Source: Microthyrium microscopicum
Lineage: Eukaryota
Length of the DNA: 64,000 nucleotides
Direction of reading: 5' to 3'
Assembly: GCA_010405405.1 (NCBI GenBank)
Contig: MU004244.1
Location: forward strand, 685,895 to 749,894
The position numbers were made by a program, and so were the translations under genes. Below the pieces are notes generated by a model, which was not told where the DNA came from, ran no database searches, and saw only the letters and a program-made list of their open reading frames with translations. Below are positions 1 through 12,616 of this stretch, one piece after another. Positions within the stretch are counted from its first letter, which is position 1. The number at the start of each line of letters is the position of its first letter.

Positions 1-1336
1 GCAAAAGTAAAGTATGCCGTTGTTCTACTATTTCGATGCTATAGTTCTACCCCTGATCAACCTTGTGATTGTGGCATTGGCCGAAGTCTATAAATGTTGA
101 AGTACCGTAGGCATGAAGCCCAAGGATCACTGCTAAATATATAGAACTGAGGCTGAGCGATAAAGACATCGTCCAATTACAAGTGTGTAAGCACTAGTTC
201 ATGTGAGTGTGCAGTAACCAGGTCCCCAGTCGCGGTCAGGTCCACCAATCGTTTGGTGTAGAGATCCCGGAGTGGCATACTTATATGCCTTAGACGTACA
301 ACACGCAGCTGAATAAGCCCTGGCATAATGAAAACATGGATAAGCAGACGTACTTACGGCTGCTATTAGTATTGAAGAATTGATGCAAGGGAAATTATAT
401 TGTCCTACCCCGGTTTCCCTGGCGAGGCGTCAGACTTTCATCGTGCATGAAGGATTCACTTCACCTCGTTCTCTCAACGACCTCGACACAGACAGAAGCC
501 TTGCTACCAATGTCGAGTATACGTGGCTGCATTTCAGCCCAGTAAGCGATACACTGCGTATCTCGCGATTCTCTCGCCTATCTGGATGGCTTGAATGAAA
601 GTATGCTTGGACAGGATCCCTGACTATCTCTCAACTCCTCAAGGTCGAAATCAAGCGAGCCGCTTTGGTGTAGCTTCTATTGACTAAAGTCGAATTTTGA
701 TGAAATACTTCTGTTTAATAGGAACTACTTATCCCATCTTTATCGATATTTCCGAATGTATTTCTGCATTCTTGAATGTTTCTAAAGCAACGCTCATGCG
801 ATGTTCCGGCAGTCATCACAGCAGCACAAGAAGCTATGCAGCGACACATGCAACAGATGAAGCAGGTGCAGAACAGGCAAATTAGAGCAATGATCCAGTA
901 ATCAGAGAACATTGGCATGATGAATATTGCAAAAGACATGCTAGCGAGTACACGGATGTCAGTCAATGCAATGCATGATGGCCAAAGGTCACAGCTAGCA
1001 GCACAAATGCCTCACGGATATGGCCATACGTATCATACCACCCCAGGAATTTGGTACTTCAATGGTTTGTGGGTAGACTGATATCAATATGTCTATGCTC
1101 TGGTGCTACCTGCAAAAGTCTTCCAAATTGTGCTTGATAAACAGATATATGGATTTGTATGAAACAGAGCAATTTGCCATTACGAAAGAGAACGTTAGCA
1201 AGCGTAATCATCTTTCCCAATTTGAATGTGTTTATGTTGCCCAGTCCCAACCTTGAGCTCGAGTACCTGCATCACAGTCTCGTCGGCAAGCTCCCTAAAC
1301 TCATGGCTTGCCCATCGATTACCTTCAGCCGTCAAT

Positions 1337-2035
1337 TTACAAGCCGAGCTGAATGTCTTCACTGGCAGGCACTTTGGTAAGCAGTGCTAGGAGTGAACTT
1401 CGATTGATATGTTTCCTATTGAACGCCTTATGTTTGCGTTTGACTTTATATTGAATAGGTGGTGCCGAGAAATTGATTGGCCAAATGTTCTTCATGAAGA
1501 ATGCTCCGGTAAGGTTGAGAGGATCAACTATTTCCCCCGACAGACTGCCATGTCTGGTCGCTAAGCTGTTGATTGACATTGTCATGGCCATTTCAGCTTC
1601 ATCGGCTTCACTCAAGAGCGATGTCCATGTTATATTATCATTCTTGATCCGTATTGCCAAAGTAGACTTGCAGTGAAGTGCTTGTTGTCTAACCTTATTG
1701 AGAGACTCAATGTGCGCTTCCAGCTGCTCTATTCTTTCACTCAAGGCCGATTCCTCCTTAAGTAGCTGGGCCTCTTTAGATTCCAACGATTTCATGGTTC
1801 GATTAAGCTTCAGGCGACGAATCTCGAGACTAATCATTCTTCGTTGAAGAACATGCTCCTGACATTGGATGGCTTCATATTTCCGAAGCCATGCGCGCCG
1901 GCCGTCATCAAGAGAGGTCTCTCGCCGCTGGAGAAATGCAAATAACCGAAATGCAAGGTCGGCGTCACTGAATACAGGAGGGGTGGACAGAGTGAGCGTT
2001 TGAAGGTCGTTGGGAGCCATGGGGAGCCGTGCCAA
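1337..2035 (-). CDS. Hypothetical coiled-coil protein (start uncertain; may be a gene relic)
   Basis: 232-codon open frame with a long charged heptad-like stretch (LEIRRLKLNRTMKSLESKEAQLLKEESALSERIEQLEAHIESL); no recognised domain. Confidence 0.35.
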   Translation of the reverse strand: MARLPMAPNDLQTLTLSTPPVFSDADLAFRLFAFLQRRETSLDDGRRAWLRKYEAIQCQEHVLQRRMISLEIRRLKLNRTMKSLESKEAQLLKEESALSERIEQLEAHIESLNKVRQQALHCKSTLAIRIKNDNITWTSLLSEADEAEMAMTMSINSLATRHGSLSGEIVDPLNLTGAFFMKNIWPINFSAPPIQYKVKRKHKAFNRKHINRSSLLALLTKVPASEDIQLGL

Positions 2036-4922
2036 TCAATAGAAGGAACTTGAGAGCCATTTGCTTGAGAGGGAAGGAGATAGGTTTTGTAGTATGGGCG
2101 AGTGAGGGCGATGCTCCCCAGTTGTTGAACTTTCTCGTACAGCGTGAGTGATGATTACTACAAGCAGATTTGTATTGGCGCCGCGACATTTGATACGACT
2201 GTCATGTGGTCGAATGTGACACAGACCAGTACGGGGGTGGTCAGCCTTCAATGGTCAAAATTACTCAATCTGGCTATTCAGATAAATGCTCAGGTAGTCT
2301 CGGGTAATTATGCCCAGCGGCCAAACCGGATATGGAATGGGTGCTTTGAGTCGAGCAACCTTCTCGGAGACAGGATGAGTTCAACAAAGAGCACTGACTT
2401 GGATGGAGTCACATATGGAACTAATGGGAATTGTCCTGTTTCGCGAGCCATCATGTTTTCCACAGGGCCATAGTTCCAAATTCTTTCGTAATACAGGTGA
2501 TATTCAAACGAGCAGACCAATAGATCGTATCCAAGAAGCTACTAAACATTGGCGTTGATCCTTTTCGAACAGCTTATGTAAAAACTACACATAATCTAAA
2601 AGTGATCCTAGCGTTTTATGAATTATCAAATAAGAGCTCAGAGCATCTTAGTCAGGTATGTCCAGATTAAGGTATGTTCACTACTTGGGTATGAAGGACA
2701 GACATGCAGACCTTTAAAGACCGAACAAGCAAGCACGGGATGACCATAGATAGAGCAAGGATGAACTCAAAGAATGCGCTGTATTGATGAAAGAGTGGCG
2801 TGACATACTCGATATGTCGATTCGATTGAATTGTCTTAGCTACCCAGGATATGCATGTCTGTCACTGAATCCGCCAAATTGATGCACGACTTCCTACTAC
2901 TCACAGTACCAGATAGACTTCACTCTCCGAATCAGTTTCCTTCAACAGAGTTCGAACTCTAACTGGGTCTATCAAGCCACGATGTATTCAATAATCTAGG
3001 TCGGTAGACATTGATATCTTCGGAATCTTTCCGCGACCTCTGCCGCAACATCAATACAGGACAGAGGAGATGCCTTTCGTGGGCAAGGACTAGTACAAGA
3101 TCACACGATACCAGAATCATCCGCCAATTGCATTGGACGATACCACCCTCTGGCGAATCTTGCTCATATACTGCTTACATGATCACGCCCCTTGCCTCTT
3201 TGGCGTATTTTGCCTCTCGGCCGCCACTAGTTCTATTCGAAAAAGGAGTGAATACCAATACGAGCATGCTGCCTCGACCCTGCGCTATTCTTGTTTGTTT
3301 CTTTTAGCTTCGTAGTGGCCTTCTCGTCGTCCCAAAATGTCAGTTGCCACATGCGAATATGAAGCTTTCGATCCACAGTTCCTTACTCTTCGCCGATATT
3401 GGCCCATACCACGATGTGCCACCTGTCAGGCTGTCAATGTAGCTTGAGGCTTTGACTCTTGAGCACAAGATTCAGCTTAACTCTGCCAAAACATAACAGA
3501 CTTGTAATGCTCAGTGACTCTTAGCCCTGTGTGACGATAGACACTGACAGTGCCAAAGAGATATTACATTTCTTACCTAAGATGTAAGAGGTAAAGGATG
3601 ATGTCAGTAGAAATGTGACATCCGTATGCTCAAAACGCGATAAAGACACTCAGTTCATCTTGTACATAGTAGAGGTAGTCGCTGATAATGCTCAAACACC
3701 GAAAGCCGGCAGTGAGCACAAAATATAAGCCGGCACCAATCCATTCTCAGTTCGCATATCCTTGTCCAGAATAACTGAATACTACCACTTCAATTAATCC
3801 ACTGCACAAGTTGACTGATGGGAACTAACAATCGGTTTCTGTGAGCATTGTTTGATAGAGTACGTTCATCCACAGACGGTGGCTGCAACGAACGCGCTCC
3901 GGCCTTATACATTCTTTTCATGACTGCTGCCCAACCAAAGAATTGCAATTTGATTTTACATGGCTAATTATCGATTCATAATTAGCTTGCTTGTTCCACT
4001 TTTACCAAATTTTAATGACTACCCAGGAACTGCTGTAAACTCTGAAATGAAAGATGGCGCATTGTAGAGTACATAAACTCGTATGAGCTTTCTAAACCTA
4101 ATTCCAAATATTCACACCATATTCTCTGCAACTCATAAATAAACCTCGTCAAGAATCGAAGATGTCTACCAAGAATAACGTTCATCAGACATACCATATC
4201 TTATTCTGCACAATACTCCGTATACTCCAGGTCACCTTTCCAGAATTCCAAATCACACACACGCAATCAACCAACAAGAAAACACTGCTTCCCCCTTATT
4301 TGTCAACTGCTCATATCGCTGTTTACAAACCACGCCTCCTAAACGAATCAGCCGTATCCCAGCTTACGATCCCGCACGAGCTCGAAACATCTCAACAACG
4401 ATCCAAAAACTTGTTTCTTCTCATAACGCACAGCATGTTTCATCGCAGTTTACTAATCATCAGTCAATTCCAAATACCCGCTATACACTCCCAGGGAACC
4501 TGTGAGACCAGCAAGAAAATCATACAGTCAATGTGATAAAAGTTATAGATTTATGGCATCTAAAGCGTTACATTCTACGCCCTCTCGTCTCAAGAGCGCT
4601 CATCAAGAACAAGCCAGAACGCAATTGTATATCAGACATTGTAAAATAGTACTAAGAAATGACTTTGATCACCAAAGAACAGAAGTGTCAATATTCTTGG
4701 CCAAAAGTTTAGAAAAAAAAAAGCTGGCCGTACAAAATAAAATGAAGAAAAAAGCAGAATGAACATAGGCTTTCTGGGTATCTAAAAAAAACTTGATGTC
4801 ATCAGTCAAACAAAAAAAAACAGCCGTACCCGCTTCTTCCGAGCAAAAAAACATGGGTTTTGTTGTGATATTGTGAGTATGCGCGCTCAAAAGTAAACCA
4901 GCTGGTGGGAATATTAGTTCTA

Positions 4923-7900
4923 TTAGTTTGCCTCCATCCACTCATGATCGGTCCAGTTCTTTTGCTTTTCGCGCTTCCTGCTCCGGCTGCGGTCCTTTAT
5001 TGCACGCGCGCGACTAGCTGCACGGCGTAGGGGACCTTCCGGGCGGGAAGCTTCGAGATCTCGCTGGCGGAAACTGCGCTCGTCAAGGGACGGGCGGGGT
5101 GGCGCGTCAGAATTTGGTGTCAGTGGAATCACCATGGGGTTGGCGGAGAGGAATTGAGAAGTTAGGCCAGCCGATTTGGGGGTCTTCGGTCGTTGAGAAG
5201 GCGCAGAGGCTGGGTTGGTATTGCGGTTGCCGACAGGGGAGAGTGGCAGGTTGATGGGATTGGAGGATTGAGCTACTGGACCGAGTCTCTGGGTGGGTGG
5301 CCTGGGAAGTGGAGGGGGACGGTTCTCTGAAGTTTCTTTGGGCTTGAGAGGTTGAATGGGTACGCTGCCACCAGTGCGGCCACGATCGCGACTGGTCTGG
5401 GCTGTTTGCATGTCGATTGGACCGAGTGGGTTGCGGGCTTGTTGCTCTTGGACTTGTTGCATACGCTCCCAGTCCTTTTCATCGCGGTCGCGACGAACGA
5501 TTTGTCGTCTCTCTTTGCGACGAGCATCGATGGTGTCTTGACTGAGATGTCCGAAACCATTCCGTCGCTTGTAACAGGCCTCCATTAGAAAGTTGATATC
5601 CAGTAGACTACGAGGTAGGGCCTGAACCACTTGGAAAATCTCAAGTTGTTCCCTTGTACTGCGAATCTCGTTTTCACCAGTCTTAAAGATGGCGAGTGAG
5701 ATGCGAAATAAAGTCTTGGAGCCCTCATAGAAGAGCGAATCCCACACTCGAAGAACAGATTCGACAGGCATGTTCCCTAGAAAACATGACATGAACCATG
5801 ATGTGGTTGCAAGCGATACGGTAGGCAAACGAATTCCTACAGGTGCTGGACCAGACCGAGAGCGACCACGACTGGGCGGCGGCTGTGTTGCTTCCATGTC
5901 ATCGATTTTGACCCAAACTGCTGGCATACTCTCTTGTATACATGACATCAATACACCAACATCGACGTTGGCCTCGAGAAGTTTTGCATGAATTCCTGGT
6001 AGATGGGTGTTGGTCAAGATGTTCAAAAGAACAAAAGACTTTTCTTCGTCTTCATCCAGAAATAGTAACAAAAGTCCTGCAAGGAAGTTCAAGCTTTGAC
6101 AGTATCCAATGTTAGGATTATGTATGGCAAATGCTTGGAGTACTCTTCGCAGAGCACCTAGTAGTCGAGGCTCTCGTTTCGTAGAAGATCGTTCCGGTCC
6201 AATCGATCTGCCAGGAAACTCGGGATGCTCTGGTTCCGGATCAGGTTTGAATTTGATGTTGTCTGGAAAAGTCCGATGCAAGTCACGCTCAATGCTGTCC
6301 TGATCAATTTCGCTTAGCGCACCACTCTCAACCTTTGAGATTAGTTGGCGATAAAGTCCGGGTTCTCGAGCAAGTTTGTCTGGGCCTCCAGCATACCAGA
6401 ACCATGCAGCACCTCTCCAGTCCGGAGGAAGTCCTTTACGAATATACCTCTTGACTTTGTCAGATTTGGGCGGGAATCGGATTGGTTTTTCGGTTGACAA
6501 TCCATATTGTTTCATCAAAACCTCCCATTTTCTACGTCGTCGTTCCAGGTAAACAGTGTACTCTGCATTCCACTCGTCATACTGTTCAAGCGTCACGTAC
6601 TGGGAAATCTTCTTGAACCCATAAATGTCTCTTGGTATAGGTTCCACTTTTTCGAACTGCGAAGAACCAAAAATCTGTAGAGGTGGCCTTTGGGAATCCA
6701 GGGTTGGGGGAGTAGAAGATGACCCTGTGGGATGTGCTCGCAAAGGATTCATTACGTCCGACGAAGATGTAGTTGGTCGTGGGTTATTGCTGTTCATTGA
6801 AATGGGCTGATCCATGAGCGTAGAAACCATAGACACGGTTTCTGCTAGTGTCGAAGCATCTCCAAGTGATCCTCTGTTGGCCAATGTTGGTTGAATGGAC
6901 TTTGCTGAGAACTCTTGATCAGCTAGTTGCCGCGTTTGTTTCTCCTGTGGTGAAGGTTTTCGATTTATTGATGGAACTGGCTCCAAGTTAAAGGTAGACT
7001 TGGGGTCTTCCGGTTGCATTGTGGTAGTTCTGGATTTGATGAAGCTCTCGATTTGAAGGATTCCTTTGTCAATTCTACGTTCTAAATCGTTGTCAACCTC
7101 GAATTCGGCATATAGATCAATAGTGTCTTCTACACTAAGTGGTTCGTTAAGATCTGTTGTTGGCTTGGCCTTGGTAATCAACTCAAACGAGCCAGTGATA
7201 CTACTCCTTTCAGTATCCAGCTCGCTAGATTCATTGTAAACAGAAGACTCATATGTGGCAGCCGATCCAGTAGTCCAGGCTGAACGTATACTGCGTATAC
7301 TTCCCCTCGCTTCGGAAGGGTCCATCCATGGCATTGGAGGTTCCTTTCTAAACACTTGCGATTGCTCGCGACTATTCGGCGCACGATCAGGCCTGTATGT
7401 CGAAGAAGTCTGGCCTCGTTGATTTGCAGCGGCGCCTTGTAAATCGGGTATCGATGTACTGGATTTAAGCTGTGGTGGATACGAAGGCAAACGACTTGAG
7501 CCACCCACTGTCAGTCCTCGAGCTCTATTAGTCGGCGTCGGTTGCTGAGAGTATTGTTCTGCGGAAGCTAGCGTCCGAGGAGTCTTCGCCGCCAGTGGTG
7601 ATGAAGGAATGACATTCTTTCTAGGAGTTAGAGGCGGCTGATCGACTGGAGAATATCTGTCTCGCCTTGGGGATGCATTAGGCGAGGATGATGGATCCGG
7701 GAGTGGTTTATTATAATTCGATGAAAGCTGAAGTTTCAGATGATTGCGAGAGTCTTTGGAATCACATCTTGGCGGGAAAGGGAGAGTTGGGGAGCCATCG
7801 TTGTCGTAATTAGGGAAAAACGAAGTTTTTGGCGAGTAGTTGTCCTTTAGAGGGATTGTTGGCCGGCCGTCAATTCTGTTGGGATTTGGAGATACCGAAG

Positions 7901-8078
7901 GACTCCTTGATGTGAGCCACCGTTCGTCGGTAGCTTTGCCATTTACGGAAGCCGGAGTTGCAGGACTTGACGAGTTTTCCAAACCGCCAGTTGCAAACTG
8001 TCGTACCGGTCGACTCTTCAAGTAATATGTATCAGTCTGAGCACCACCTGGAGGTGCATCTGTAGACTGAGAGACCAT
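4923..8078 (-). CDS. MSB3: TBC-domain Rab GTPase-activating protein (Msb3/Gyp3-like)
   Basis: Uninterrupted ORF with IRKGLPPDWRGAAW, IERDLHRTFP (IxxDxxR arginine finger), IGYCQSLNF (YxQ glutamine finger) and LRVWDSLFYEG; DIYGF motif upstream of the TBC domain; long Pro/Ser-rich termini; first in-frame ATG at 8078. The ortholog name is inferred. Confidence 0.88.
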   Translation of the reverse strand: MVSQSTDAPPGGAQTDTYYLKSRPVRQFATGGLENSSSPATPASVNGKATDERWLTSRSPSVSPNPNRIDGRPTIPLKDNYSPKTSFFPNYDNDGSPTLPFPPRCDSKDSRNHLKLQLSSNYNKPLPDPSSSPNASPRRDRYSPVDQPPLTPRKNVIPSSPLAAKTPRTLASAEQYSQQPTPTNRARGLTVGGSSRLPSYPPQLKSSTSIPDLQGAAANQRGQTSSTYRPDRAPNSREQSQVFRKEPPMPWMDPSEARGSIRSIRSAWTTGSAATYESSVYNESSELDTERSSITGSFELITKAKPTTDLNEPLSVEDTIDLYAEFEVDNDLERRIDKGILQIESFIKSRTTTMQPEDPKSTFNLEPVPSINRKPSPQEKQTRQLADQEFSAKSIQPTLANRGSLGDASTLAETVSMVSTLMDQPISMNSNNPRPTTSSSDVMNPLRAHPTGSSSTPPTLDSQRPPLQIFGSSQFEKVEPIPRDIYGFKKISQYVTLEQYDEWNAEYTVYLERRRRKWEVLMKQYGLSTEKPIRFPPKSDKVKRYIRKGLPPDWRGAAWFWYAGGPDKLAREPGLYRQLISKVESGALSEIDQDSIERDLHRTFPDNIKFKPDPEPEHPEFPGRSIGPERSSTKREPRLLGALRRVLQAFAIHNPNIGYCQSLNFLAGLLLLFLDEDEEKSFVLLNILTNTHLPGIHAKLLEANVDVGVLMSCIQESMPAVWVKIDDMEATQPPPSRGRSRSGPAPVGIRLPTVSLATTSWFMSCFLGNMPVESVLRVWDSLFYEGSKTLFRISLAIFKTGENEIRSTREQLEIFQVVQALPRSLLDINFLMEACYKRRNGFGHLSQDTIDARRKERRQIVRRDRDEKDWERMQQVQEQQARNPLGPIDMQTAQTSRDRGRTGGSVPIQPLKPKETSENRPPPLPRPPTQRLGPVAQSSNPINLPLSPVGNRNTNPASAPSQRPKTPKSAGLTSQFLSANPMVIPLTPNSDAPPRPSLDERSFRQRDLEASRPEGPLRRAASRARAIKDRSRSRKREKQKNWTDHEWMEAN

Positions 8079-10523
8079 GTCCAAGATGGCCTCGAAGGAT
8101 GGCAAAAAGGCTGGAAGGGTGTCATAGAGGGGGGCCCATTGATGAAGTAGAATAAGCCTCAATGGTCAAAGGCGCGGTTGCCGACGGATACAGCATCAAA
8201 ACCATGCTCTCAGTTCATTGTATGAGCGTTGTAGAAAGCGATATGATCGTGAGGGAAGGAAAGGGCGCGTATGGATGAGAGCTTGCGGGAAGTTGCAGAG
8301 GGCGGATGCGGCACACAAGGCGAGAGTTGGGGACGAGTGGAACTCAAGGGCGGCGGTAGAGTCGGATAGCGCAGATGGAGTATCAAACAGAACGAGTGAA
8401 GCCTGTAGATGTTGCTGCATAGAAGAGAAACAAGATAGTGAAACGATTGAAGATGAGGCAGATGGGGCAAGGTGGAAAGGTCCAAGGATTTGGGTGCTCG
8501 GTGCTCCTAGTTCAGGCACGGCGACAGCAGCAGAGGCATGGATGGAATGGCGCTACGCTAGAAGTGTAATAGAGCATTGGCATGTTCTGCACAAAATGGT
8601 GGCGCCGCCATGAAGATTTCAAGTTATTTTGACAAAAGTTGAAGAAGTTTAGAAAGAAGTGTAAGTAAGGGATATGGATAAGAATCGAGATGTAGTTGAT
8701 ATGATCTGGTGGTTCCTGCCTAGTTTCAACCACACTTACCCTTGTAGGCAAGCGACACCATACTCGTCATTACCGTACACCGTACACGGAAGTCGCGATC
8801 TTTACCTACTAGCTGAGGTATAGATTGCGAAGATAGGAACGAGGTACCTGCATCTGCTTTACTGCACGTGGCTCTGAATTAGCTCCTTACTACATGTACC
8901 TGGTACGTAGTACTTTATATGTACATGCAAACCGTGGACAACCTCAAAGCTGGAAGATATCAAAGTGGTCCCCTCAGTGTAAAATCGACCTACAACCATC
9001 ACTTCGTACCACTATAACCAGGATACAATATACATTTGATGTGCCACTGCATCACCCGGACTCGCCGATACCCATCCGTTATCCGTCAACCGTTGCCAAT
9101 TCGCTGCAGTATTGTTCTATACCTAGGAGGTACCTAGGTACCTACTGTCGGACATGCCAGCCCTTTGTGGTTGTTTCCTTCAAAAGTGACGATATAACGC
9201 CCAGGGTGCTAGCATGGAATATTCCAAGACCCACAGAACGCGTTAAGCATCAGAGGGACCACTGATATTTCAACCAGTCAAATAAACCCACTCGTAGCCC
9301 CCAATAATTCAACTCCTTTGCAAGCTCCGTGGACTTAAGCACGATAATTCTCGTAACCAATAGCTCTGTTGTGCAAGATCATCAATTGGCTGTCAAAAGA
9401 CGGACACCAAGACCAGATTTAACTGTCTCGCCACAACCAAATCTGGTCTCTAGGAGTCAGGCCAGTCGTATGTCCAACCTTCATTAAACCATGAATCGCC
9501 CAATTCAGCTCCACGCATTTCAAAGTGCTATTCAACTCCTTACTCGTTCCCTTTTCAGCCTCCAGCAAGGGACAAGAGAGTTACAATCCGACGGCCTGAC
9601 TGCCAGTGACGACAGAATCGTACAGACTATTCCCGCTTTGACCCATTTGAGCCCAATACCATCCATATGCCTTTGAGCATCTGATGTGTAGATTGCCTTT
9701 TGTCCAAGGTCTCCCTGGTTCTATCATTTCTAGTTACTAGCTCATCCCGGATGAGTCTCTGAGCACCCCACAATTCACTTGATTATCATGGAAATCCTAG
9801 ACCACCTTGACTTCTACTATTTCTGTTTGACTTGGTGTTTACACTAACGCGCTGAAGCCAACATCATTTCGAACTTCCTCAGCTTCCAGAGTTATGAGGA
9901 TCCCCATGAAATAATTGCAATTTTCATTCAATAGTTGTTTTACTTACAAAATTAGTACAGCGGTGACGCGCGAGTTTCAAACTAAAGTGTGTTGTTTGTT
10001 CGGAGATTTAGTCCAAGTCGCGTCCAAAATCGAGATTTGCAAGTCGCGTCGAAATAGACTTCTCCGCCTCAATTCTTCTCACCCATTGACATGAGGACAC
10101 CTCAGCCACAACGACCTTCGCGTACAATTGAATATTAAAATCTCCACAGGATCCTAAATTCTCCGCTCTTGAAGAAGCACGGATTCCAGCTTGCATGCAT
10201 GATGCTTTGCATCTTGATGAGCACGACGAGCCACATTGGGCTGGGAGCTTGGACAGAAACTCGGTTGTAAACTCGGCCAAAGCTTCAAGTTTTTTCACTT
10301 TCAAGACTCTTATGTCAGCGCTCCCACTTTCTTCGTCAAGCTGATTCGCGAGTCAATGTGTCTTGGACTGCTGGAACCTGGATTGGAGTTCCTAAGTTGC
10401 AAGAAGGGAGCCGTATCAGCTTTACGCCATCGTACCATATAGTTGGGTGCGTAAACCATATTTAGCAGGCACCATCAGGCGACAACAATATCAGCTTCGA
10501 GAAAGCGCTTGCTGGACCACGCA

Positions 10524-12422
10524 ATGGGTATCCCTGGCCTACAAAACCTCCTTCAGCCTTATACCACACAACACATCTTCCCGCTCACCACTACGCCAAC
10601 TACCATCCCGGCTTCATTCACCAACCCGCCGGTCTTGAATCCAGGTGAACATCTCATCATCATTGACGGCCCAGCTCTCGCACATCACGCCTATGCCATT
10701 GCTCGCGCCAAACTGCGCTCTCTTCAACCCTCAACCCAAATTGTTAGCCGCCAAACTGCTCGGGGAGCTGGTCCCACTCTGCGTCATGCGACCATTCAAC
10801 CATCCTACGCCGCCATCAACGCCGCTGCCTTCGCATGGCTCGCTGCTCTTCGCCGCGCAGGCTGTGTCGTTGGCGCCATCGTCTTTGACGGCGGCTTACC
10901 GGACTGGAAAGTTGACGTGCGAAGGGAACGGTTGACGAAGAGCATTCAAACGCTTGCATCAGCGCGGAAGGCACTAGCAGATACTGATGATGATGATGAA
11001 CCGCGTTTCTTAGATGATAATATAGCGTTCAGCGACTCTGATCTTTTTGGCGCGCGTTCTTGGTCAGCAGCACTCCTAGGCAAACCCCCAAGGCTCGCAG
11101 ACTCACTGCGCGAGTGCTTGAACAGCAGTGACTATGCGTCCATAACGTGCATTGTGCCGAATGAAGCTGATCCATTTTGTGCAGCATATGCGCGTGCGTT
11201 TGGTGCTGTGGTTGTGACGAGTGATTCGGATTTATGTGTTTATGATATTGGTGATAAAGGACGTGTTGTCAATTTTCACCAGATCTCTCTCGTTGATGTT
11301 GAAGGTCCGGCGTTGGCGATGAATTTCTTCAGCCCGCGTGAAACAGCCCAGCAGCTTGGTGTACGCTCGCTTGTGGAGCTGGCGTTTTCTGTGCGGTCTG
11401 ACCAGCATCGCTCGCTGGCACAGCATGTTCAGCACGCAAAAGTATGGGAAGTTAGCCCGCCGAAAGGGTTGGCGATATTTCGGGCAGAGTATCCAACGGA
11501 TGTTGACCTGGCCTCGTTTGATGAAGGATGTGCGCTGGCTGTGAGCAAAGCGAAACAGGCGTTTAGTAGCTTGGTATCGGAGCTGGTTGTGCAGTCTTGT
11601 ACAGCTGGATCGACGTGGGAGGTATGGTTTCCAGTGCTGCACGAAGATACAACACGCACCGCTGCGTGGTTGACTGGCACGGAAATTCGAAGGGCAGCAT
11701 ATTCATTGCTTGGTCAGTGTCCGTCGATCGTATCTAAACCAGATGTGGTCGTAGAACACTACTGCAAAGCTGCTCGTGTAAGTGACACTAAAGTCGAGCT
11801 CCTTGACTCTCTAACGTTAGAGGCTTGGTTGCAGCAGGCCATTGCTTTCGTGAGCTCCTCTCTAGACTTGGTAACAAATGGAGAGCACAGAGCGACGTGG
11901 CGAGACTTAGGCCTCATGTCGTTGATTCAGTCACAGAAAGAGTCTGGAAAGACAGTACCTTCACGCGATGGCTTGCTGAAAATATCCTGCGCTAATTTCG
12001 GAATGTCTTGGACATTGTTACATTGGTGTGCGCAGTTGCAGGCTCTTCTAACTTCATGGCGCATGTTAGAGCAGATGTTGGGATATGTCTTGGCTCATCA
12101 CGGTAAAGACGATGAAGCCGTGAATGGCTTGAGGACTCTTCATGAGCTTCTGAGTGACATTGATGGCGGTACGATGCCGCTGATGTTTGATCCGATATCA
12201 TACACTAAAGTTCATATGGATTGGGTCAATCGGGTGATTGATATTGCATTTCGTGAGTATGATATCATAGACACAACATCATCTCTAGAACATAAAAACA
12301 AGAATCGCAAAAAGACACGGCAACGAAACACAGGGAAAGTTAGGAAGCAGCAGGATAATACTGGATTGAAGAACACTAAGAGCTCGAACCAGTACTGTCT
12401 CCTGGATCAAGCATATGAATAA
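10524..12422 (+). CDS. Asteroid/XPG-like PIN-domain nuclease family protein
   Basis: MGIPGL start, IIDGPALAH, VFDGGLP, EADPFCA and TSDSDL acidic motifs typical of the FEN1/XPG/Asteroid fold; basic NLS-like C-terminus. Confidence 0.85.
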   Translation: MGIPGLQNLLQPYTTQHIFPLTTTPTTIPASFTNPPVLNPGEHLIIIDGPALAHHAYAIARAKLRSLQPSTQIVSRQTARGAGPTLRHATIQPSYAAINAAAFAWLAALRRAGCVVGAIVFDGGLPDWKVDVRRERLTKSIQTLASARKALADTDDDDEPRFLDDNIAFSDSDLFGARSWSAALLGKPPRLADSLRECLNSSDYASITCIVPNEADPFCAAYARAFGAVVVTSDSDLCVYDIGDKGRVVNFHQISLVDVEGPALAMNFFSPRETAQQLGVRSLVELAFSVRSDQHRSLAQHVQHAKVWEVSPPKGLAIFRAEYPTDVDLASFDEGCALAVSKAKQAFSSLVSELVVQSCTAGSTWEVWFPVLHEDTTRTAAWLTGTEIRRAAYSLLGQCPSIVSKPDVVVEHYCKAARVSDTKVELLDSLTLEAWLQQAIAFVSSSLDLVTNGEHRATWRDLGLMSLIQSQKESGKTVPSRDGLLKISCANFGMSWTLLHWCAQLQALLTSWRMLEQMLGYVLAHHGKDDEAVNGLRTLHELLSDIDGGTMPLMFDPISYTKVHMDWVNRVIDIAFREYDIIDTTSSLEHKNKNRKKTRQRNTGKVRKQQDNTGLKNTKSSNQYCLLDQAYE

Positions 12423-12616
12423 CGAAGTACACTTAGATACCCCGGACATAAAGTCCATGATGAATTCGATAAAAATACTCCTTGCCAGACTCCGGTGCAC
12501 CTTCAACGCCAGTAATACCTGTACAAGCAATTTCCCAGCCTGCCCATTTTATACAACCTGATAGTTCATTACCCGTCACTCATTCCGTACCCATTTCGTA
12601 TTTCTGAGCTCAAACA

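Noticed and set aside
4690..4860. Several poly-A runs suggesting retroelement tails
   Set aside because: They sit just downstream of the TBC gene and read as U-rich 3' UTR on the minus strand; no retroelement sequence adjacent
5273..8519. Many short antisense or alternate-frame ORFs overlapping long genes (here and throughout the window)
   Set aside because: Shadow ORFs of real coding sequences with no independent motifs
8760..9150. Cluster of GTAC/TAGGTACCTA short palindromes
   Set aside because: Low-complexity pattern common in fungal intergenic and promoter DNA; no terminal inverted repeats or target-site duplication seen
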